DNA of 64,000 bases, taken from Macrostomum lignano. Taxonomy: Eukaryota. Positions within the stretch are counted from its first letter, which is position 1; each line of letters begins with the position of its first letter. The translations under genes and the position numbers were made by a program. The notes below the pieces were generated by a model. The model was not told the origin of the DNA and ran no database searches. It saw nothing but the letters and a program-made list of their open reading frames with translations. The stretch is from the NCBI GenBank assembly GCA_002269645.1, contig NIVC01000530.1, positions 1-64,000 on the forward strand. Reading direction: 5' to 3'. Below are positions 54,738-64,000 of this stretch, in pieces.

Positions 54738-55528
54738 AGGCCTACTATCTATTTATTTACAGAATCTAGATATTAAGCTAGGCCTATAATAGCACTAAAG
54801 TTACTTTTTTGGGTTATCTTTAAAATGCTATTGCTAAACTATTATTGACTATATATAAGATATATGGAAGTTTTTATCTGTTTTCTGTTTTATTTTTTAT
54901 TTGCTTGATTACAAGAAGCATTAATGCTACAGATAATACATTAGGATTTCTTGCTATTGGTTATTGCAGTTGCAAGAATGCAGTTATAGATAAATAGTTA
55001 ACACTTTAGCCCCCACCATCTGAACCACTATGTGCATGTGGCATCAAAACTCTGTTGCTTGAGTCCCCAAACCCAGGGATTTAAAAGCTCCCCTCACAAA
55101 AGCTTAAAAATGGGCAACATTAATTTATTCCTTTAAAGTTTTTCTACTGCTTTAACTTAGCCCGAATAAAAAATGGCTCCAGTGGTCTTTTAGGTCTCAA
55201 GTCTCCTAAGTTACTCAGTGACCTAGATGTGCGAACTAGGTGTGGGATTGTTATTATTTCTATCTAAAAACCTCCATATCTACAACTTCTCATTGCTGTA
55301 TCCATCTCTACTTTTTTTCTAAGCTGGATAGCATTTTTTCTAGTTCTATCATTTCTGCTATATAAACTTAATATTCATTGTTAAATTTAAGTAAACTGTA
55401 GTCATGGAGTCTGCAGACTTTAACATATTTGTATTAGTGACTCTTAAAAATCTGACATTAATATTCTACTTTGAGCACATTTCAACACTTCTCAACAACT
55501 ATGTCTGACTGCTTTCATTCATGCATAG

Positions 55529-57610
55529 AAAAGTCCTGCAACCCACGCAGCAGCTGCATCAAAAGCAGCAGCAGCAGATCCAGTCACCATCATCGCCATC
55601 CTTGGTGACACCAGAGGGCACTCCAGCTGACATCGAGACGGTCATCCGAGACTCTCTTCAACGTGATGGCGCCGAGCAGCTGAAACGGCGTTTTCACGCC
55701 GCCGCCTCCTCCCGGGATTCTTCATCATCGGTCTCAGAGGCTGCGGGGCGGAAAGCCGCCATGGAGGAGTTGCTGTCGTGCGCCAGAGACACCGTTCTGC
55801 CTGCTCACGCCGCAGCGCGCGCTGCTTTGGCGCGCGGCCACGCTAGATTGCGCGCTAAACGCGACAATTTGCAGCGCAGAGCTGACGAGGTCCATAAACA
55901 GTTGGACGCGATGAGGCAAGAGGGAAAACTCGTTCAGTTGGTGAGTGGGATTATAGATGCGCTTTTTGCGATCTCACAGTTTAGAATCGGGATCTCACAG
56001 TTAAGATTTGGGATCTCACAGTTTAGATTTGGGATCTCACAGTCTAGAATCGGGATCTCACAGTTTAGATTTGGGATCTCACAGTTTAGAATCGGGATCT
56101 CACAGTTAAGATTTGGGATCTCACAGTTTAGAATCGGGATCTCACAGTTTAGATTTGGGATCTCACAGTTTAGATTTGGGATCTCACAGTTCAGAATCGG
56201 GATCTCACAGTTTAGAATCGCGATCTCACAGTTAAGAATCGGGATCTCACAGTTTAGAATCGGGATCTCACAGTTTAGAATCGGGATCTCACAGTTTAGA
56301 ATCGGGATCTCACAGTTTAGAATCGCGATCTCACAGTTAAGAATCGGGATCTCACAGTTTAGAATCGGGATCTCACAGTTTAGAATCGGGATCTCACAGT
56401 TTAGAATCGGGATCTCACAGTTTAGAATCGGGATCTCACAGTTTAGATTTGGGATCTCACAGTTTAGATTTGGGATCTCACAGTTAAGAATCGGGATCTC
56501 ACAGTTTAGAATCGCGATCTCACAGTTAAGAATCGGGATCTCACAGTTTAGAATCGGGATCTCACAGTTTAGAATCGGGATCTCACAGTTTAGAATCGGG
56601 ATCTCACAGTTTACAGTCGGGATCTCACAGTTTAGAATCGGGATCTCACAGTTTAGAATCGGGATCCCACAGTTAAGAATCGGGATCTCACAGTTTAGAA
56701 TCGGGATCCCACAGTTAAGAATCGGGATCTCACAGTTTAGAATCGGGATCCCACAGTTAAGAATCGGGATCTCACAGTTTAGAATCGGGATCTCACAGTT
56801 TACAGTCGGGATCTCACAGTTAAGAATCGGGATCTCACAGTTTAGAATCGGGATCTCACAGTTTAGAATCGGGATCTCACAGTTTAGAATCGGGATCTCA
56901 CAGTTTACAGTCGGGATCTCACAGTTTAGAATCGGGATCTCACAGTTTAGAATCGGGATCTCACAGTTTAGAATCGGGATCTCACAGTTTAGAATCGGGA
57001 TCTCACAGTTTACAGTCGGGATCTCACAGTTTAGAATCGGGATCTCACAGTTAAGAATCGGGATCTCACAGTTTAGAATCGGGATCTCACAGTTTAGAAT
57101 CGGGATCTCACAGTTTAGAATCGGGATCTCACAGTTTACAGTCGTGATCTCACAGTTCAGAATCGAGAATCCCCATGCTGAACGCAGGCGGACCGCCTGG
57201 ATGCAATATCCAGCACAGCGGAGTCGCATGCTGCCCGTCTGTCAGCCGTGTCGCGCCGGCTTGGCGAGCGCCAGCTGTGCCTGACGCGGGAGGAGCAGGC
57301 CGCCCTGGCTGAGCTGCAGTCGCTGAAGTCCAACCGGCTGGCTTCGCTGTCAACTTCTATGGCCTCGGCTCAACGAAAGTGCCAAGCACTGGCTGCGTTG
57401 GCCGCTGAAGCAGAGGCTTCTTCTAGCAGACAGCAGCAGAAGCAGCTGTCTTCCACTGCTCAGGCTGGTTCGTCTCCATCATCATCGTCCAGCAGCTGCG
57501 TGCTGTCGCCGAAGCAATACAACGGATTGACTGGCGCCTTGAAAGACGAGGCAGGTCGAATTGAAGGCCTGGTGCAGAGGGCCAAAACTCTGCAGGAGTG
57601 TCTGGACTGA
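55529..57610 (+). CDS. NUP88: Nup88-like C-terminal coiled-coil region, 2 exons (55529-55940, 57188-57610); upstream exons not found
   Basis: IETVIRDSLQR, LADRLDA..LCLTREEQAALAELQSL and LSPKQYNGLTGALKDEAGRIEGLV align by eye to the Nup88 C-terminus. A phase-0 GT-AG intron joins the exons. Confidence 0.7.
55965..57165. repeat. 21-bp minisatellite (GATCTCACAGTTTAGAATCGG)n, intronic
   Basis: Direct reading. It explains the ISQFRIG and NCEIPIL ORFs. Confidence 0.98.
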
Positions 57611-58244
57611 TTTTACTTTTTAATTTGATTATCAATAGCATTTATTCCCCGCAAAATGAGGTAGATTTCATTAGGTTCACTGCAGTGTCAGAATGTCAGA
57701 ATCCAACGAAATTGGGTAGATTCCAGTGTCAGAATTATAGACTATAAAACCTGGTATTCAGATTGAGCCACTAAGGAGGTTGCTAACAGTAGTATGAATA
57801 GTGTATCGTAATTCATCAATAGTCACTATTTAAAAGTATTTTCATATCCCGTCAACTAACTAATTATAGTATAAATGTAAGCAATTGAATGTTAAGTAAA
57901 TTAAAGTATATATGAAGAAGTACTTTGTTGGGAGGTATGCAATTCCCTATTCCACTCTAACATACTATTTAATACTTGTAATGATTTTTATTGCTAGACG
58001 TGCCTAGTAATTTTAATAAATAGTTCCATATATATTAAGTTAATTTGCAGTTGTATTAATTCTCGTTATAATGCCCATTGTTCTAATAAAGTTTTTGCAC
58101 TTGTTTCAACTATTTGTACTTTTGCTTATTCGGAATGCTTTTTCGGTTTCATGTAAAATGAGGTTTGTTGTTGAATCTGCCGTGTGAGCCTTTGAAAGTC
58201 GTTATCAGTCTTCAAAATCTTTTTTGTTTTAAATAAAAACCCTG

Positions 58245-58860
58245 TGAGATTATCAGGGTCTCATTCCCAGATAAGATTATCGAGCTCTCTATTCCCAGGT
58301 GAGATTATCGGGGTCTCCTATTCCCAGATAAGATTATCGGGCTCTTTATTCTCAGGTAAGATTAACGGGCTCTTTATTCTCAGGTGAGATTATCGGGGTT
58401 TCCTATTCTCAGATAAGATTATCGGGCTCTCTATTCCCAGGTGAGATTATCGGGGTCTCCTATTCCCAGATGAGACAATTGGAGTCTACTCCCATGTGAG
58501 ATTATCGGTGTCTTCTCTCCTATTCCCAGATAAGATTATCGGGCTCTTTATTCTCAGGTGAGATTATAGGGGTTTCCTATTCTCAGATAAGATTATCGGG
58601 CTCTCTATTCCCAGGTGAGATTATCGGGGTCTCCTATTCCCAGATAAGATTATCGGGCTCTTTATTCTCAGGTGAGATTATCGGGGTTTCCTATTCTCAG
58701 ATAAGATTATCGGGCTCTCTATTCCCAGGTGAGATTATCGGGGTCTCCTATTCCCAGATGAGACAATTGGAGTCTACTCCCAGGTGAGATTATCGGGGTC
58801 TCCTATTCCCAGATAAGATTATCGGGCTCTCTATTCCCAGATAAGATTATCAAGGTCTCC
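58245..58860. repeat. 28-30-bp minisatellite (AGATTATCGGGCTCTCTATTCCCAGGTG-like)
   Basis: Direct reading. Confidence 0.93.
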
Positions 58861-58951
58861 TTGATTAGACTATTGGGCTGTATTCACAGGTGAGAAGTTT
58901 TTTAAATGTAAATATCCAATAATTCGCAGATATTTTAATTTCATCCTTCAG

Positions 58952-59587
58952 CCAGCCAGACGACCCAATAAGCCAATCAATGCGAGGCCGCCAAAGCGAC
59001 CTCAGCCGTTGGGTTCCTCATCCGCTGCCGCTTCTTCCGCTGCCGCTTCCTCCGAGGAACCGCAGCTGGTAGGCGATGAGCAGCAGCAGCAATCGGCAGA
59101 CGAGTACAATTACGAATTGGAGTTGTCCTGGTGCCTCGAACGGTTGAGACTCACGGCCGCTAATCGGATGGAGAAGCAGAGAAGCTCGGGCGCCAGTGGC
59201 GGTGGCACGCCGAGACGTCAGCTGGAGTCTGAGCTGGCGGCAATTCGCGTGCTCAGCAGCGCCGGTGCCAGCAAGCTGCAGAAGCGGCAGGCAATGCGCC
59301 AGCATCTGGGCGACTACCGAGCCAAGATGCGAGCAGAGTTGGCCCGTCAGCAGCACGCGTCCGCAGTCAGTCGGCCAGGCACACCTGCTGGACACGCGGT
59401 TCGAACCTGCGTCCTCTCTGAGGCGTCTAATTCAACTGACGAGCGGCAGAACGACCAGATTGCCGCCGAGTCAGCTGTTGAGAAACCCGCTAAGCGATTG
59501 TTTGATTTCCGATTTAACTTCGACGTGCCGGATAGTGCTGATGGAACAAGTGCGGAAAGTACTGCTGCGGCTAATGGGGACAAGTAA
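58952..59587 (+). CDS. C8orf33: UPF0488 / C8orf33-like protein, terminal exon
   Basis: ELELSWCLERL, AIRVLSS, KRQAMRQHLGDYRAKMRAE and FRFNF. Acceptor TTTCATCCTTCAG ends at 58951. The start exon is unresolved. Confidence 0.8.
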   Translation, partial: PARRPNKPINARPPKRPQPLGSSSAAASSAAASSEEPQLVGDEQQQQSADEYNYELELSWCLERLRLTAANRMEKQRSSGASGGGTPRRQLESELAAIRVLSSAGASKLQKRQAMRQHLGDYRAKMRAELARQQHASAVSRPGTPAGHAVRTCVLSEASNSTDERQNDQIAAESAVEKPAKRLFDFRFNFDVPDSADGTSAESTAAANGDK

Positions 59588-60490
59588 TCTGATTGGGTCT
59601 TTTCGGTGTTTTTTTAATCCCTTCCAGTGCATTCTTATTGCTAGCTGAATTTTATTGATCTTTTTGTGTCAATATAGTGCTAGCTAGCCGACTTTTTGAA
59701 GTATAAATATATATTTATGTATCTGTCAAACGTTTATTATCTCCAGGCTAATTTATGATTCATAAATAATGACTACTTCTTCAGTGTTTCACTTTTCTAC
59801 GATTCACAACCCTTGTTCAGCCTTGTCGCGGTTTTAACTGCAACATCTTGATCCTCTACTCCTACATGTTGGTTAACATCGCAACTTTATCCTTTGTTTC
59901 TTTCCAAGTCTGCAGAAAAGTTACTTGAAATTGAGTCTAAGCCAGATTGGGACTTTCCTTTCTCCGAGAGCTCTCTTGAGCTCAAGCGTCTGATTTTTTT
60001 GTTCCTGTTAAAGTACAGGATAAAAAGCTGTCGACGGTTAATCCCTAAGATTGTATAAATTCTGACAGTTACGAGGGATGCCTGATGCGTGCGGGAAAGA
60101 TATAATTTATTGCTATACCACGTACAAGTTCTCATCATACACTGTACTTACCATGGAAGCATAAATAAATCGAGAGGGCTGAGCGCTCTTCTCCCTACAG
60201 CTCAAATTCATGTGTACAATTGCAATATAGCTGCTACGCTCTCTGCATGTTCACTTGCTATTGAAGCACTGGCTGTCCGTGAGTGGCTCTCATTGGCCGG
60301 GCTTATGATCCCCTGCAGTTAGCTAGAGCTTTTTTATTCCATTCATCTCCTCTCTCTACGCGCGACCAGGCTGTTAAGAGCTGGGCACATCACGCCCCGT
60401 GTTGTTGCTTTCTTAGCCTTATTGGTGTTCAGCTAATGAGCCTAGCCAAAGCACTCTACTTTCAGCGCCTAAGTAATACTCAAACCTAGA

Positions 60491-61147
60491 ATGAAGACGC
60501 CCGCTAGCAGTAGTTGTGAAGCCGCGTCGCCAAGCACCAGAGAATTCGTCCACCAGTCCTTGCGCAGCTGCCTGTTGAATACGACACTTCGCGGACCGCG
60601 TCGGATTGTCACGTCGGAGTACCGCTACTTGAGCTACTTCTGGACGGTTGTTTGCGGCGGCTCCCTGTTGCTGCTCACTGTGCACTTTTACCAGCTGGTG
60701 CAGACTTACCTGGCCTACCAGACCTACATGCTGCAGACGGATATGGCGCAGACTAATGCAGCCAAGTTCTCTACTGCCTTTCCCGACATTGTGATCTGTC
60801 CGCACCAGATGTTCTCCACAGTTGCGCTACAGTTGTGGACCAACAATTCCGTGCACTCGCCGTGGAAAGTGATTCGCGACTATAAGACCCGAACCAATCG
60901 GCACACTGATAAACTGCTCAACTTTTCAGAGACGGACCTCAGAGTTCTGCTGGACTCGTTCAACTATCCGGCAACGTTGGGCTATTATTTGAACAGTCTC
61001 ACGGATCAGGAGGTGCTGAGGCTGGGTCGCGGCAGCGACATGCTGGTCGTCTGTTCGGTGGCTACTAACGGTCGCAGGCGGACTCGACACAACTGTCCGA
61101 TCAAGCTGAGCAAAGTTATCTTTAGGAAGTATCTGGTGTGCCTGCAG
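60491..61147 (+). CDS. DEG/ENaC (ASC family) channel, first coding exon
   Basis: NTTLRGPRRIV pre-TM1, TM1 YFWTVVCGGSLLLLTVHFYQLVQTY, FPDIVIC, donor CAG|GTGAGC. Later exons were not identified. Confidence 0.82.
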
Positions 61148-61789
61148 GTGAGCAGTCAGCAAGGACTGTCAAGGACTGTACTCAAGTTGGATGGGAAACC
61201 TCGTTTTATTGGAAAATTTTAGGAAGCAGGTTTTTCCGAAAACATACACTACTGAGATAGGAAGTTTTCATTTTTTCAGCACAAAAAATTGTTATTGTTA
61301 CCCCTCCTCTGTGGGCAGAAATGGGAGGCTCAGAGGGCACCGTAGGTGTTGACCGTTAGGTGCTCTTGGAGCCTCTTGACTTAGCTGTTAGGTGCCCATT
61401 TCGCTAACCCCTGGCGACCACGGGCAGCTAGTGCTGCGGTGTCGCGCAGGGAGTTCCGGTAGTGCCGGTGTCCGCAGCGCGGTCCCCCTCCGGAGAGTCC
61501 ACGAGGTGGATTGTCGCTCACTCGGTAGCCCTTAGGTAGCGAACGAGCTGGCAGAGATTCTCGGGCCTGAAAACATCGGAGAGGTCCGGTGTTACACTTT
61601 ATACTATCTGGGGTTTTTTGTCTGGCCCGGATATCCAAACGCACTTACAATATCCGCCCGGATACTGCCAAGCAAAAAACCTGCTTTGTTTTCTCCTTCC
61701 CGGATATCTTGAGCTGCTTTGCATTGTCCGGGCACTTTGAGATGTCTCTCCCGGACATCCTACGGCACTGACTCTGCTATCCGGCCCGG

Positions 61790-62170
61790 AGATCACACGG
61801 ATCCACCTTAGGGACACCTTGTTAGAGGCGGCGCCCAAGCGGTTGAGCTGCCCGATGCAGTCAAGGACTGTACGCGAGCAGGTGGTGGTGCGCTCAAGGG
61901 CGTGGATAGCCGCTTGACTGTCCGAGTGGAGGGTAATCTCCTTCCCCCAGACGCGCTGATTATACAGCTCCATGGCGCAGGAGCTGATGGCGAGAACTTC
62001 GTTCTAGAAGACGGTGGGGCTGGTTCCGGAGTGCTGGGAGTAGGTCGCCACAGTTCTCCCTCCAGACGCGATGCAGTAGCCGTAGCCAGAGGCGGAGTTG
62101 ATTTGGGACCCGTCAGTGAAGCAGTGGATTTCATGGGGTTTTCAGTTGTCTCTTGCTTCATGAGACGTGG
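61790..62170 (-). mobile_element. Non-LTR retrotransposon RNase H fragment (intronic)
   Basis: FTDGSQ, TVF*NEVLAI, SDSQAAIHAL and VSLRWI. Confidence 0.8.
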
Positions 62171-62189
62171 GTGAAATGCTACTAATGAG

Positions 62190-62892
62190 ATAGGTTTACA
62201 TTTTTTCAGCACAAAAATTGTTGTTGTTACCCCTCCTTTGCGGGCAGAAATGGGAGGGGGTAACAATATACAATTGGTTTCGATAAGAAGCAGACCCTAT
62301 ATTCTTCTTTTTATATGTCTTGCCTTCCTTATAGCTCTATCGATATTCATCAAAAAGCTTTTCGTTTAGAAAATTAGGGTTCTATGTTACTTTTTTATTC
62401 TACGTACAACTGCCCTGTGCCTAATAACCATCAAAATGGCACCAGCTCGGCTCAAATTAGTTTGATTAGTCTATTTTATCAGTCTAGCTGATTGTGTACG
62501 TGTAACAGAGATGATAAAATAGATTTATAAAGCCCAGTGGCGTAACTAGGATTTTGAAAGGGGGGGATAACTTTTGGGGTCAAAATTATAGACTAATAAA
62601 ATAGTTTTTTGCTTAAAAAATGCATTTAAAAAGTATCAAAATCATTTTTTAGGCTAAAAAAGCTTTACTTTGTTAAAACAGAATAAAGCCGGCAGACGTC
62701 TGTCTTGACTAGAGCATTTTAGGAACTAGGAATGAAATGTACGTAGAATAGAAAATTACCATAGAACCCTAATTTTCTAAACGAAAAGCTTTATGAATAT
62801 CAATGGAGCTATAAGAAAGGCACAACATATCAAAAGATGAGCATTGGGTCTGCCTCCTATCGAAAGCAATTACAATTTTTGTGCTGAAAGAA
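62190..62892. mobile_element. MITE / foldback element with about 140-bp imperfect inverted arms
   Basis: 62270-62408 is the inverted counterpart of 62737-62875. Termini read TTTCAGCACAAAAATTG. A second left-end copy lies at about 61265-61330. Confidence 0.65.
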
Positions 62893-64000
62893 ACGGTTTC
62901 TCGTCCTACAAAGCTGTCAGTTGATGGTACATTGCGCAACATATATACAAATAGTTAATGAACTCTATAAATTAACTAGCTGATCTAAGAGACGAGTGAT
63001 TCTAACATGTAAAAACGTGTCTAATCACTCAGAGGAAGACGATTATTGACTGGCACTACAAGGGACTATGACCCCAGCAAGTACGATCTTTAGGATCGTT
63101 AATATGGTCTGTGCAGTGCAAGCGGGAACTAAATTGTGTAAATTCAAACACGGGGAAACGCATTGACGGTTATAATTTTTAAGTATGTACGTGTACATAA
63201 AAATCGAACCCCGCGGAATTGCCAAGGGAAGTCCTTGGCATTAAGGACCAGCTATAATACTGCATGTGAACGAATGGGAAGCGATGGAATTCATTTTGAT
63301 AATTTGCACGGCTGGCACAGTTCAAGGGCTTTGAGGTTGGGGCTTCCCACTGAGGTGAGGTTGTTGTTGTTATACCAGCTAGGCTAAAAATCATTCATCA
63401 GAATGGACTTATAACAGTCTGTCACACTGCTCCCTATACTGAAAATATTTGCACTTCAATGATTCCTGTTCGCACGTATTCATCGAGAGAGAGAGACCTT
63501 TCCCCTGCACGTCTACCGGTATAAGGACTGCGATTCCAGCCACTATTTATACCTGTAGGATGCCATTTAGTTTACTGAGGTGAGGTACTTTGCCTGGGTT
63601 CAAAATTCTCTGTGAAGACGAATCAGCATGGTGTTCTGTTGCCCATCAATGAGCTCGAATGTTATTCGAGACGAGATGAGACAGCAGTACAGATAATAAT
63701 TTATGCTAGATGTCTCGACTAGAGAGTTGAGCAAATGCTGCCCACTGCATCATGGTCTCTCATCTCCTCTGCAGCAATTGGGGAAGGGAATTAGTTGAAA
63801 CAAATCGATTTTTATTCGATTTAGTCTACTTGGATACAGCCAGACTGACTGCATTAGGGTGGGTAGGACGGCAAAGAATGCGTTAGGGATAAAAGTACAC
63901 AGAAAGTTTTGCATCATTATGAGAACCGTCTCCACTTTTTGGCCAGTTCAAAACTGAGCTGAGTTCAACGCTTCGTGAATTATTAACTTTGACTCCGGGG

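Noticed and set aside
55521-57284. 587-aa protein with (ISQFRIG)n repeats
   Set aside because: It reads through a strong GTGAGT donor at 55941 into a 21-bp intronic minisatellite. The spliced product gives the Nup88 match.
63179-63394. Minus-strand SAGFDFYVH peptide as a DEG/ENaC exon
   Set aside because: It is on the wrong strand for the 60491 gene, and the motif order with neighbouring segments is inconsistent.

Overview
Repeat-rich animal genomic DNA with spliced GC-rich exons and a different micro/minisatellite in most long introns. The style suggests a Macrostomum-like flatworm, which is inference only. Left to right: (1) a 238-bp satellite array, then (CAGA)n and (GATA)n tracts. (2) A 10-exon minus-strand Ig-superfamily type I membrane protein gene that the ORF track shows only as scattered fragments. 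(3) A very young 16.8-kb Ty3/gypsy LTR retrotransposon on the minus strand, about 10.6 kb once a nested 5.9-kb Helitron and a 258-bp palindromic insert in gag are removed. (4) An RT-deleted RTE-like LINE, an AT-rich GPCR-like relic and a mariner relic. (5) An ISOC gene, a CORE-type SINE and two partly gene-converted PAN + C-type lectin genes. (6) A hAT MITE, the 3' half of Nup88, a C8orf33-like exon and the first exon of a DEG/ENaC channel. The main discovery candidate is the gypsy element. A -1 frameshift (UUUAAAC plus stem/pseudoknot) fuses the Gag CCHC knuckle to a previously hidden cold-shock domain and a long coiled coil ahead of the protease. Its 3' UTR carries seven spaced copies of a 30-nt covarying RNA hairpin motif resembling the plant-virus coremin Xrn1-resistant element. 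All translations and alignments were done by eye; no database searches were run.
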